The translations under genes were made by a program, and so were the position numbers. Positions 9,585-19,216 of a stretch of DNA of 49,943 nucleotides are shown piece by piece; within the stretch, counting starts at the first letter, position 1; every line of letters begins with the position of its first letter. The notes below the pieces were generated by a model. That model had not been told where the DNA came from. It worked only from the letters and a program-made list of their open reading frames with translations, and made no database searches. Source of the DNA: a bacterium (GTDB lineage: Bacteria > Zhuqueibacterota > Zhuqueibacteria > Oceanimicrobiales > Oceanimicrobiaceae); assembly GCA_046757525.1 (NCBI GenBank), contig JBHHYI010000009.1, positions 1 through 49,943 of the forward strand, written 5' to 3'.

Positions 9585-10814
9585 ATGGCGAGACAACTAT
9601 TGCTAATAAGCTGTTTTATATTGCAGACCTCGAACCTGGTTTTTGCTGGCGACTTGCAGAATAGACTTGGTTTGGGCTTTAGCGTCAACAGTCAAAAGCT
9701 TTACGGCGACACCAACAGCGGAAAGTTCTTATTTGGCGTAAATCCGGGTATTGTCAGATACGACCTGGGGTCAACGTTGTTCTTAGAGTCCCAATTGGGA
9801 ATTGCAAAACTTTCCAGTGAAGCCGGGGCGCAAACATTAAACACAAACCTGATTGAATTAGGATTCAAAGTAGGGCACCGATTCTTTTCCACGCAGGTCA
9901 TAACCCCTCTTTTCTATTTAGGAGGAGGCATATTCAATTTTCGGATCAACGACAGGGCGCGTGCCTGGGACGCTTTCGGCGCCGCCGGTGCCGGACTGGA
10001 AGTTTTCCTACGAGACAACATGGGATTGAATCTCAGTGGCGAGTTCCGGTACACCTCTGGCGACGACTTTGACGGCGGCAACAGCAGCCCCCGCAACGAC
10101 AGCATCCTGAACATGAGTGTGGGATTCGTGTTTTACATGGGCAGCAGAAAACGTTACGTCGAGGAGCCCATGCTTACGGAATCCATAATTGAAGAATATC
10201 CGGACGAGGATGAAGAACCAGACGAGGACTCAGATTCCGATTTAGCTGCTGAGACCGCAATCGATTCGAGTTACCTGGCTGGACTCCTGGAAGCCAAAAA
10301 TGAGCGCCAGGAAGCTATTCTGCTCTACAAGAGTAAACTCAGGTGGCTCGAGCAGCAAGTTGTGGCTTTGGAAGGGCGATTGCAGAAGGCGACCACCGGC
10401 GCTCCGTCTCTCACACCGGCTCCTCCGGACAGCAGTCGTTTGAGGCTCAATCGCAAATTCACTTCGGGACTTTTGGCTTACAAAAACAAAAACTATCTCG
10501 TGGCCGTTAACACCTTCGTAGACCTACTTCAGGCGAGCCCGGATGCAGCGTTGGCCTCGCGCTGCTGGTATTGGCTGGGGGAATGCTATTTCTCGGAGCG
10601 CGATTACACTGCTGCTGAGGCGGCTTACGAACAAGTGCTCCAGAGTCCCGAGTCCTCAAAACGCGAGGCCGCCGTATTGATGGTTGGAATCTGTCGGCTC
10701 AAGGCAGGAAAATTGGCCCAGGCAAAAGAGGCTTTAGAAGAGTTGCTGCGAACTTATCCCGGTAGCCCCTTTGTCGCCATTTCAAAACATTATCTGGCTA
10801 AACTGTCGAGTTAG
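9585..10814 (+). CDS. outer-membrane beta-barrel protein fused to coiled coil and YbgF/CpoB-like TPR domain
   Basis: Signal peptide after ATG 9585 (AGGGAAAGG RBS), alternating aromatic beta strands ending VGFVFY, acidic linker, coiled coil, TPR with CWYWLGECYF...YPGS. Confidence 0.7.
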   Translation: MARQLLLISCFILQTSNLVFAGDLQNRLGLGFSVNSQKLYGDTNSGKFLFGVNPGIVRYDLGSTLFLESQLGIAKLSSEAGAQTLNTNLIELGFKVGHRFFSTQVITPLFYLGGGIFNFRINDRARAWDAFGAAGAGLEVFLRDNMGLNLSGEFRYTSGDDFDGGNSSPRNDSILNMSVGFVFYMGSRKRYVEEPMLTESIIEEYPDEDEEPDEDSDSDLAAETAIDSSYLAGLLEAKNERQEAILLYKSKLRWLEQQVVALEGRLQKATTGAPSLTPAPPDSSRLRLNRKFTSGLLAYKNKNYLVAVNTFVDLLQASPDAALASRCWYWLGECYFSERDYTAAEAAYEQVLQSPESSKREAAVLMVGICRLKAGKLAQAKEALEELLRTYPGSPFVAISKHYLAKLSS

Positions 10815-10976
10815 CGTGGGTTCTGCTGGCAGTTGACAGTGAGGCGCTACGGAGGGGATTCAGCATTGATTTTGACCAGTAGCCCAGAGTGGCAAAAATG
10901 CAAGTGAGTCGTTAGTAAATGCAAGAAAGATAACTCAAAATACCCAATAGTGAGTAACTCGAGGTGAACCAACATT

Positions 10977-11243
10977 ATGAAAAATAGCCAGCAACATTCA
11001 GAACACTGTCCCGACCTTGACAAATTAGAACGTCTCGCCGTCCGGTCTCTTTTTTCCGCTCATGCTCCAACGAGCATTCAGCCCCATGAACCAACCTGCC
11101 AGACTTGTCGCTCAGCCTATTTGGAGTTAAGGCGCTACTACCAACTTCTTAGAGAGGAAATGCAACAACCCGTGTCCCCCAAGATTGTAGACTTCGTCAG
11201 AGAATTGGAAGGGAAAGAATCGGCTGCCGTGCTGTTCGATTGA
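10977..11243 (+). CDS. small protein with HxxxCxxC (zf-HC2 / anti-sigma-like zinc finger)
   Basis: HEPTCQTC motif, GAGGTG RBS upstream, co-oriented. Confidence 0.55.
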   Translation: MKNSQQHSEHCPDLDKLERLAVRSLFSAHAPTSIQPHEPTCQTCRSAYLELRRYYQLLREEMQQPVSPKIVDFVRELEGKESAAVLFD

Positions 11244-11269
11244 GCCTGAAAAGAGGGTGACCAGCGTCT

Positions 11270-11470
11270 ATGGAGAGCGCAGAATCTAAGGGTAAGAGAC
11301 CCTTTCTAAGAAGAGCTTTACCGCGCCGTGAGTTTCTCACCAGGGGGTGCCTCGGCTTGGTTGTTGGCCTGATAATGCCACTCATTCCGGGGACCGTTGC
11401 GCAACATATTGAAGCTTTTCTAATGGATTTGGAAGAAATGCTTCTGAATCGAATGGATGATGCAGAGTGA
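11270..11470 (+). CDS. 66-aa hypothetical protein with twin-arginine-like signal
   Basis: PRREFL followed by hydrophobic GCLGLVVGLIMPLIP; fills a gap in the co-oriented cluster. Confidence 0.45.
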   Translation: MESAESKGKRPFLRRALPRREFLTRGCLGLVVGLIMPLIPGTVAQHIEAFLMDLEEMLLNRMDDAE

Positions 11471-11541
11471 GTGAGAACAGCAAGGGCGCTGCTTCGGTGC
11501 TGGTAGACGCTGCGCACAAACTGTTCTGACAAGATGGTTCA

Positions 11542-14073
11542 ATGGACGATTACGAACGCAAATTCACAGTTGAAAACAGGTTTGAGACCCCACCCGAAGA
11601 GAGACCACGCATTCTTGTAGTCGATGACGACAAATACGTCGTCAAGAGTCTGGAGATCATCTTGCAAAAAGAAGGGTATGAGGTTACCGTTGCCAACGAT
11701 GGAGAGCAGGCGTTGAAGTTGCTGGAACACCACACCTACGACCTGATTCTAACCGACCTCAAAATGGAAGACATCGACGGGCTGGACGTTTTGCAGCAGG
11801 CTAAACTATTGGACCCGGAGACCGTGGTCATCATGCTCACCGGACACTCATCGATTGAAACGGCGGTCGATGGCATGAAACACGGGGCATTTGACTACCT
11901 CATCAAACCTTGCTCAAATGACATCATCAGAATGACCGTCAAACGGGGCCTGGACAAAAGGCTCTATGAGATTGAAAGAAAAGCTATCGCCGAGAAGATC
12001 GAGAGGCGTGCCGTTGAGCTGGCCGAGCTCAATAAAATTGCGGCCATCGTTGGCAGTTCGCTGGAATTGCGTCAGATTCTGGGCGATGCCCTCTCGACCG
12101 TGACCAAGGGTCTGAATGTGGAGAGCGGCTATGTTGGCCTATTTGGTGAAAAGAATTCTCAGAGACTGCAAATACACGCCGTGGAAGGCTTTCTCCCGTG
12201 GAGGGCGGGAAAGTCTTTCCTGCTCAACAATCAGTGCATTTGCGGGCAGGCTAAGACCAGACGAACGATCGTGCAGGTTTTGCCAGAAAACCAGGCCACT
12301 TTTAAGGTGCTCGACCACTGCCTGGACGAAAAGTTTTGCAGCGCTGTGTGTATTCCGTTAGATTCTCGGGGTAGGATTCTGGGCCTGCTTTGCCTGGCCA
12401 GCCAAAGGAACCTCGCTTTTAAGGAGCACGACCTGAATTTTTTGACTGCGGTTGCCAACCAGATTGCCATTGCCATCGATAATGCACAATTGTACCGAAA
12501 GGTCAGATCGATGAATCAGATTCTGGAAAAGAAGGTGAAAAGTCGAACGGCGGAGCTTGCGCTGCTTTTCAATGCTTCTGAAAAAATATCGAGTGTTTCC
12601 ACAATTCAGGAGCTGTTCAAAACGTTCTCCACACTCCTGGCGGATTTCTTGAAAACCGATGTAGTAGGCCTGCTCACTTACACCGAAGAACTCAAATATT
12701 TGGGAATAGAGATTCGGTCCGGGTACCATTTCGTCGATGAATCAGATTGGTTTGTGGAAAGAATAATCAGTTTGTCCCCATTGGAGGTGGCCAGAAATCA
12801 GATCGAGGTTGACGTTAAGAAGCTGAGTACGCCCCATGAACCGGCAAAAGCGACCCAGGTCAAATGGCAGACCTTGATTCCCCTAAAAGAGGGAGACCAG
12901 GACTTGGGCGCAATCTACATCGCTTCCTTCAAAGCAAAGCCATTGAACAAAAATCAAAAGAGAGTCCTCTCAACCATCGCCAACCAGCTTAGTTTAACCA
13001 TTCACCGGTTGAGTGAAAGAATCCGCAAGGAGAAGTCCAGGGTCGAGTCCATGCTGCAAAGCATGATCGACGGGGTGATTCTGTTGGATTCGGATTTCAG
13101 GATCAGTGTGATCAACCCTGCTGGCCGTGAGATGCTAAAGCTGATCAACAAAAGCAGCAGTCTTAAGTCGCTAAAAAAATTGGGAAAGATGCCGATTAAA
13201 CAATTATTACATGGCTTCCCTCAAAATGGCAAAAAATCCGCACCTGTTGAAATCATTACCGAGGATGAGCCACAGAAAATCTTTAGTCTGAGTTCTTCTT
13301 TGGTGCGAGGATTGGATGGAGCAAACATGGGTTATGTCATCGTTTTGCGAGACATTACCGAGCATCATGAAGCGCAGGAACAGCTTTTCCTGGCTTCAAA
13401 ATTGGCATCCATCGGTGAATTGGCATCGGGCGTCGCCCATGAAATTAACAATCCGCTTACCAGCATCGTTGGATTTGCTCAACTGATGTTGATGGACGAG
13501 ACCAGCACAGAGAAGCGACAAAATTTGCAAAAAATCTACGATGAGGGCCTGCGCACCAAGTACATCGTCAAGAATCTGTTGGGATTTGCTCGACAACAGA
13601 CGGGCAAACGCGATTTCGTGAATGTCAATTTCTTGATCAAGAGTGTCATAAACTTGTTCGGCAAGCAGCCCGAGTTGAATAACATAGAATTGTCCGGAGA
13701 GTTCTGCAAGGAGTTGCCACCTCTGGTTGGCGATCCTGGTCACCTGCAGCAGGTTTTTCTAAACATGGTGCAAAACGCCTTCGATGCGATCATCCAACAC
13801 AAGAAAGGCAGCTTCATTAGAATCAAGACCCGGTTGGTCAACGACAGCATCATCAGAATTGAAATCGAGGATGATGGGCCGGGCATTCCTGGCGCCGTGC
13901 AGAAGAAGGTCTTCAACCCGTTTTTTACCACCAAGGAAGTGGGCCGGGGGACCGGCCTGGGGTTGAGCATCTGTCACAAAATCATCAACTCGCATGGGGG
14001 CACCATAACCTTGCGCAGCCAGGTGAACAAAGGTAGCGTCTTTACCATCGATCTGCCCAAGTACAAAGGCTAA
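11542..14073 (+). CDS. hybrid sensor histidine kinase, REC-GAF-GAF-like-PAS-HisKA-HATPase, no TM
   Basis: ILVVDDD / LTDLKM receiver, GAF ending AVANQIAIAIDNAQLY, H-box AHEINNPL, DDGPGI, FFTTKEVGRGTGLGL. Confidence 0.95.
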   Translation: MDDYERKFTVENRFETPPEERPRILVVDDDKYVVKSLEIILQKEGYEVTVANDGEQALKLLEHHTYDLILTDLKMEDIDGLDVLQQAKLLDPETVVIMLTGHSSIETAVDGMKHGAFDYLIKPCSNDIIRMTVKRGLDKRLYEIERKAIAEKIERRAVELAELNKIAAIVGSSLELRQILGDALSTVTKGLNVESGYVGLFGEKNSQRLQIHAVEGFLPWRAGKSFLLNNQCICGQAKTRRTIVQVLPENQATFKVLDHCLDEKFCSAVCIPLDSRGRILGLLCLASQRNLAFKEHDLNFLTAVANQIAIAIDNAQLYRKVRSMNQILEKKVKSRTAELALLFNASEKISSVSTIQELFKTFSTLLADFLKTDVVGLLTYTEELKYLGIEIRSGYHFVDESDWFVERIISLSPLEVARNQIEVDVKKLSTPHEPAKATQVKWQTLIPLKEGDQDLGAIYIASFKAKPLNKNQKRVLSTIANQLSLTIHRLSERIRKEKSRVESMLQSMIDGVILLDSDFRISVINPAGREMLKLINKSSSLKSLKKLGKMPIKQLLHGFPQNGKKSAPVEIITEDEPQKIFSLSSSLVRGLDGANMGYVIVLRDITEHHEAQEQLFLASKLASIGELASGVAHEINNPLTSIVGFAQLMLMDETSTEKRQNLQKIYDEGLRTKYIVKNLLGFARQQTGKRDFVNVNFLIKSVINLFGKQPELNNIELSGEFCKELPPLVGDPGHLQQVFLNMVQNAFDAIIQHKKGSFIRIKTRLVNDSIIRIEIEDDGPGIPGAVQKKVFNPFFTTKEVGRGTGLGLSICHKIINSHGGTITLRSQVNKGSVFTIDLPKYKG

Positions 14074-14087
14074 TTGGAGATATTCTG

Positions 14088-14717
14088 TTGTTCTATTGCA
14101 TCCTGGTACTGAGTCTATTGTTTAGCCCGGTAGGGTCGTGGGCGCACTTTAACGAATATCAGTATTCGGTCAGTCAAACTGGAACGCATGTTTCGGCAGA
14201 CGTCTTGTGGCAATATGCTGAAATTGAAGAAAAGGCAGACCATTACCAGACGGCTTTGTATTATCTTTGGCAGTTCCTAATGGCCACCGACGACCCCCAG
14301 GAACGGGCCAGGGCACACGCAAAAATTCTCGCCCTGCAGGCACGATTAGACTCCCTTGCTGTGGAGCCCCCGCTGCGTACTACGGAAGCAGCAAGTTACC
14401 AATATGTCAACGGAATCTCCGACTCTTCCTTTCAATCAGACCGGAGGTCTGTGAAACTGAGCTACCTGGTAGGGATCATTGCCGTGCAAAGTGTGATCCT
14501 GGTGGGGGTATTCTTTTTGTTGACCAAAAAATTGCTGAACAAAGCCAGCTCGAAGGAGAAAGCTAAAATAGAAAACCAGGGGGGCATTGACCTCGACCGA
14601 CCTACACAGACGCCTGAGTTCGATAATGGAACGGAAGTCCAGACCGAAGATTTTGTCGATCTAAAACTTCTTCTCAACAGTGAGCCAGACAATTCAGACT
14701 TGCGAAAGAGCACCTGA
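14088..14717 (+). CDS. hypothetical single-pass membrane protein
   Basis: TTG start with GGAG RBS, signal-peptide-like N-terminus, short TPR-like helices, TM (LVGIIAVQSVILVGVFFLL), acidic tail. Confidence 0.6.
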   Translation: MFYCILVLSLLFSPVGSWAHFNEYQYSVSQTGTHVSADVLWQYAEIEEKADHYQTALYYLWQFLMATDDPQERARAHAKILALQARLDSLAVEPPLRTTEAASYQYVNGISDSSFQSDRRSVKLSYLVGIIAVQSVILVGVFFLLTKKLLNKASSKEKAKIENQGGIDLDRPTQTPEFDNGTEVQTEDFVDLKLLLNSEPDNSDLRKST

Positions 14718-14725
14718 GGTGAGCA

Positions 14726-15511
14726 ATGTACGAAGCTTTTTGGGGGTTGCATAGGAAACCTTTCCTGAATGTTCCCGACCCCAAGTTCTTTTATCATTCG
14801 AGCATGCACGACGAAGCCTATACGCGGTTGATCTATTCTTTGAAGGAGAACAAAGGGGCAGCCATGTTAAGTGGCGACTATGGCTGTGGCAAGACCATGC
14901 TAATTCGTCTCTTGATTGCAGAAGTGGCAAAGTTGAACTATGAAATTGCTTTCATAAACAATCCACGCTGGAACCACACCGACCTTTGGCAGGAAATACT
15001 GTATGAGTTTGGTGACGACGAAATCTCCCTGGATGGTAAGAACGCAAGTCGAGAACTGGGGAATCTCCTGTACCATAATTTTGAGCAGGGCAAATCCAAC
15101 GTGGTCGTCGTGGACGAAGCGCAGCTCATCAAGGACGAATCTATTTACGAAGAGCTGCGATTGCTGCTAAATTTTCAATTGGAAGATCAGTTTCTGGTCA
15201 ATTTGTTCCTGGTCGGGCAACCGGAACTGCGTGAGCGGATCATGGCCATCCCCCAGCTCGAGCAAAGAATCGCAGTTAAGTATCATTTGTTCCCGTTTAA
15301 TTTGCAGGACACCAACCGATATGTGGAGCACAGACTGAGAGTGGCAGGTCTGGAAAGGTCTCCCTTCACGCCCGAAGCAATCCAGGAAATCTACAAATTG
15401 ACGGTCGGTTGCCCGAGAAGAATTAATAACTTGTGCGATTTGTGTTTATTAACCGGTTTTCAGAAGAACATCAAGGTAATCGACCGGCGGATGGTTGGTT
15501 ACGTAAGCTAA
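14726..15511 (+). CDS. ExeA/GspA-like AAA ATPase
   Basis: MYEAFWGLHRKPF..PDP.F start, GDYGCGKT Walker A, VVVDEAQ Walker B, LVGQPEL, GCPRRINNLCD. Confidence 0.92.
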   Translation: MYEAFWGLHRKPFLNVPDPKFFYHSSMHDEAYTRLIYSLKENKGAAMLSGDYGCGKTMLIRLLIAEVAKLNYEIAFINNPRWNHTDLWQEILYEFGDDEISLDGKNASRELGNLLYHNFEQGKSNVVVVDEAQLIKDESIYEELRLLLNFQLEDQFLVNLFLVGQPELRERIMAIPQLEQRIAVKYHLFPFNLQDTNRYVEHRLRVAGLERSPFTPEAIQEIYKLTVGCPRRINNLCDLCLLTGFQKNIKVIDRRMVGYVS

Positions 15512-15524
15512 GGTCAATAGAACC

Positions 15525-17060
15525 ATGCGAACAAAACAGTTGCTGCGGAGATCAGGCGAAGTTCTGAAATACCAGTCTTCAGCGGAAGTTTCCAAAGAGA
15601 CCAAAAGGGTTCTTTGTGTTGCTGGCGCCGGCCTGGACCTCCAGTTCATCGATCAACAGATCAAGACTTTAGGGTTTGAGCTTATCCTGGCCAAGTCTCA
15701 CAAAGAAGCCCTGGCCTTGGCAAGATACTGGAAACCTTCGGTAATCATTGCTGAGATTACTTCAAATAATCTCGACGGATTCAAACTCTTTCGCTTTTTG
15801 AAAGAGGATGCCCGAACCAACTCGATTCCGTTCTTATTCATCAGTGACAAGGACTGCAAACCAGACCAGCATCTCGGCTTTCAAGCCGGAGCCGACGACT
15901 ATGTCATGCGTCCTGTGGAACCCAAGGAATTCAAGTCCCGATTGCAGTCTCTGATCAGACGGAGTTCCTGCAATGGTGCCTCCGATTTCAAGAAGCCTGC
16001 GAGCGTGCAGCCGGCCATGGCCGACGGTGGCAATACTCCCAAGGCCTTCGAATTGGAGAATGTGCTTCCGGAGGATTTTGCGCAATCGCAGACAGACGTC
16101 AATGAGGAGACCCCCGGTACACATTTTGAGAACGACGGCAGCGCCTTGTACAAAAAATCTGCGGCCATGTTGACCGAGATATTTGCCAGGACTCGAATAA
16201 GCCAAAGGGTCAATTTGTCCCTGATTTTCACCATGGCGGAAGAGATTGTGCAGAGTCTTGAAAAGAGCAACGGTCTGTTTCTGCGGGCGTTGCACCAAAA
16301 ATCGGAAAACTCGCTGATTATTGACTCTTTAAACACAACGATTTACGCCGTACTGGTAGGCAAGGGGCTCAAGTACTCTTTCAAACAACTGGTCGAAATT
16401 GCGGTTGCCGGGTTGATCAACGACATCGGTTTTGCGAAATTGCCAGAGGATTACCTTGCCCCTGGCTACGAATTGTCTGCCAGGGACTTAGACCTGGTTC
16501 GCGAGCACCCGATTTTTGGGGCGCAAACTGTTAAGAAATCCTTGCCCGCCGATTCCAATGCAGATTCTTCCTGGTTAACAAAAACGATCTTGCAGATTCA
16601 TGAACGTGAAGGCGGAATTGGCTATCCCATGGGCTTGCGCGGCGATGCCATCTGTGAATACGCCAAAGTCATCGGCATTGCCGACACGTTCGAATCCTTG
16701 CTGTGGGAACAAACTTACAAGAAAGGTTCAGTAACCTATCAGGCTTTGCAAAAAATCATCGGCCTGGACAAGAGCTATTTTCCCCAGAAAATCAAAAAAG
16801 CCCTGGTGACGCAAATCTCCATATTTCCCGTTGGAACTTATGTGAAACTGAATTCCGAAGAAATAGGTGTCATCACTCAAACCAATCAAGCGCATCCCAT
16901 GCGTCCGGTCATCGAATTGATTTACGATTCCAAAGGTGTTCCTCTGGCCAATCGGGAACAGAGGGATTTGGTGGAAGCCCCTTTTCTCTTCATTACTCAA
17001 GTGCTGTCCCCCGATGAGCTTCAGCCTAAAGACCGTAGAGATCAGACGCTGTTAAGTTAA
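15525..17060 (+). CDS. pseudo-receiver plus degenerate HD-GYP domain protein
   Basis: REC-like region (GADDYVMRP) with Glu at the acceptor Asp. HD-GYP fold (HPIFG, HEREGGIGYPMGL, IADTF, FPVGTYVKL) but HDIGK is replaced by NDIGF. Confidence 0.8.
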   Translation: MRTKQLLRRSGEVLKYQSSAEVSKETKRVLCVAGAGLDLQFIDQQIKTLGFELILAKSHKEALALARYWKPSVIIAEITSNNLDGFKLFRFLKEDARTNSIPFLFISDKDCKPDQHLGFQAGADDYVMRPVEPKEFKSRLQSLIRRSSCNGASDFKKPASVQPAMADGGNTPKAFELENVLPEDFAQSQTDVNEETPGTHFENDGSALYKKSAAMLTEIFARTRISQRVNLSLIFTMAEEIVQSLEKSNGLFLRALHQKSENSLIIDSLNTTIYAVLVGKGLKYSFKQLVEIAVAGLINDIGFAKLPEDYLAPGYELSARDLDLVREHPIFGAQTVKKSLPADSNADSSWLTKTILQIHEREGGIGYPMGLRGDAICEYAKVIGIADTFESLLWEQTYKKGSVTYQALQKIIGLDKSYFPQKIKKALVTQISIFPVGTYVKLNSEEIGVITQTNQAHPMRPVIELIYDSKGVPLANREQRDLVEAPFLFITQVLSPDELQPKDRRDQTLLS

Positions 17061-17071
17061 AGGAGGTTTGT

Positions 17072-18226
17072 TTGGCAAGGAATCAGGCTCAATTGGAAAA
17101 GCGCTGCGTGCGACTCTTGTCGCGGATTGAATTAAACCAGTCCGCCAGGGAGCAAGTTGGTGCCCTACTGAAAGGTCCTTTGGACTGGCAGCGAATCGAA
17201 GCCTTGGCGGTGAAGGAAGGCGTGGCAGGACTGCTCTACAATCACTTAAGCCACCTCGATTGCGTCGAGGGGGATTCTGAATGCCATCTTGTCGAGCTCA
17301 GGCACCGCTACTTTGTAAACGTGGCAAATGCTTTGAGGACCGAACAAGAACTGAGGGTTCTGCTAAAGGCTCTGGAGTTGGACAAAGTCGCCATTCTCGT
17401 TTTCAAAGGCATCGCCCTGGTTCAAAATGTTTACCGGAAATCCGGTTTGCGAGGATATTGCGACGTCGACATTCTGGTCAGGGACGAAGAATGGCCAGGC
17501 ATGCTAACGGTCTTGCTCCGTCTCGGCTATCGTTCTATGCCTGAATACCCAAACTGGTTCAGCAACGGGCGGCTGGACATCGATCTACACCGCGATCCCT
17601 TCGGCTTCTCAAAAAACCCGTACCGCCAGCTTGCATTTAACTTAGACACCCGCGCCCTCTGGAGAGACTCGAGAATGAGGTTGCTGGCGGGCCATCCGGT
17701 TCGGCAATTCTCACTGGAGGATGAATTGCTGGTGTTGTCGGCTCATGCTGTAAAACATTCCTTCGAGAAAATGATTTGGGTCGTGGATCTGGCTGAGATG
17801 GTCAACCGTTATGCTGCAGACATCGATTGGGACACTCTATTACAGAAAGCGTACCAGTCGAAATTGGACAGACCTCTTTACTTTATCTTCCAATGGGCCA
17901 GGACACACCTCGAGGTGACGATTCCGGATTTTGTCGTGCGAGGTTTGCAGCCACAGCCGCAGGTGATTGCCGAGAAATTGCTTTATCGTGGAATCGATTG
18001 TGGCAAAGAAACGCCCAAGGTTGCTGAACTGATTTATTTCTCTGCCATTCAGGGGTTTTGCGAACGGATTAAGTTCATGTGTGAAGCGGTGTGTCCCAGG
18101 GATTCGATCCGAAAACAAATTTACGGTTGGTATCATACCCCCCTGGCGTTTTGCTTTCTAATTCTTCGCTTGATCCAGACGGCATTCTTTGGACTGCGGC
18201 TCTCCTGTCAACTTCTATTTAGGTGA
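17072..18226 (+). CDS. nucleotidyltransferase family protein (NTP_transf_5-like)
   Basis: LVFKGIAL...Y...GLR...DVDILV, IDLH, LSAHAVKH, WVVDL; AGGAGG RBS before a TTG start. Confidence 0.85.
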   Translation: MARNQAQLEKRCVRLLSRIELNQSAREQVGALLKGPLDWQRIEALAVKEGVAGLLYNHLSHLDCVEGDSECHLVELRHRYFVNVANALRTEQELRVLLKALELDKVAILVFKGIALVQNVYRKSGLRGYCDVDILVRDEEWPGMLTVLLRLGYRSMPEYPNWFSNGRLDIDLHRDPFGFSKNPYRQLAFNLDTRALWRDSRMRLLAGHPVRQFSLEDELLVLSAHAVKHSFEKMIWVVDLAEMVNRYAADIDWDTLLQKAYQSKLDRPLYFIFQWARTHLEVTIPDFVVRGLQPQPQVIAEKLLYRGIDCGKETPKVAELIYFSAIQGFCERIKFMCEAVCPRDSIRKQIYGWYHTPLAFCFLILRLIQTAFFGLRLSCQLLFR

Positions 18227-19215
18227 AACCAATGTATTTAGCCAAGTTTCGCATCCACGGTGTTGGGATTGATTTTGTGTCCAATTCGAAAAGGATTTTT
18301 CACGCGGTAAAATCTGAGTTGGGCCATGTTGTTGAATTGCGTCCCCAATTGAGAAAGGACAAGGTGCTGTATTTCTGGAATGGCAGCGGCACGGTTGTGC
18401 CCAGGCCTCTCAAGAAGCTCATGCGCAACAGCCAGGCCGAAAAAGTCACTTCGAAGATACGAACCGTAGTTGATCATGGCAAATTGCAGATGGGCATTTT
18501 GGCCAAAGAACACTTTAACCAGGATGAAGGGCTGCTGGTTTGCTTGTCGTTGATCAACTTCCTGGTCAGGTTTACCCTGTTTCGTCGCATTCGGGCGGTT
18601 GGATTTCACGCGGCTGCCTGTTCCTGGCGGAACCGGGGCTTGCTTTTGCCCGGGGCCTCCGGTGCCGGTAAAACCACGCTTTCCTATTTTCTTGCCAAGG
18701 CGGGCTTCAAGCATCTTTCGGATGAAGATTCCTTGCTGCACAATTCATCGCGCGGCGCCGAAATACTGGGCTTGCAAAGAAGACTGCGACTCGAAGAGCT
18801 CTTTTTTAACAGCAAGGAGGGACAATTTCTGGTCAACAAATACAAAATGCCACAGTACCGCGCCTTTGGCGAACAGGGCTTGTGCTTCGATTTGCGCAAG
18901 CTAAAGCCGACCGCCTACCAAAGGAGAGCCCAGTTGAAAAGCATCTGTATTCTGGAAAATGAGCAAATCGAGACCCCGGAGCTTTCACTCCTGGATGGAG
19001 ACCAGGCCCTGGCCTCTTTGTTGGAAAGTTTCGAAGCGGTTGCTATTGATTCTAATTCTAACGAACCCGCTCAACGCATCGTGACCAGATACAACGCTTC
19101 CGGTTTCCAATTTGTCAACGACTTGATTGCGAACTATCCGGTCTACCATCTTCGCTATGATATTGAGAAGCATGATCGACTCATTCCGCGAATGATGAAA
19201 GAGATTTTAGACTGA
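18223..19215 (+). CDS. HPr kinase-related P-loop kinase
   Basis: FHAAAC...GLLLPGASGAGKTT, followed by LSDE, the signature of HprK-related kinases; GTGA overlap. Confidence 0.75.
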   Translation: MKPMYLAKFRIHGVGIDFVSNSKRIFHAVKSELGHVVELRPQLRKDKVLYFWNGSGTVVPRPLKKLMRNSQAEKVTSKIRTVVDHGKLQMGILAKEHFNQDEGLLVCLSLINFLVRFTLFRRIRAVGFHAAACSWRNRGLLLPGASGAGKTTLSYFLAKAGFKHLSDEDSLLHNSSRGAEILGLQRRLRLEELFFNSKEGQFLVNKYKMPQYRAFGEQGLCFDLRKLKPTAYQRRAQLKSICILENEQIETPELSLLDGDQALASLLESFEAVAIDSNSNEPAQRIVTRYNASGFQFVNDLIANYPVYHLRYDIEKHDRLIPRMMKEILD

Positions 19216-19216
19216 C

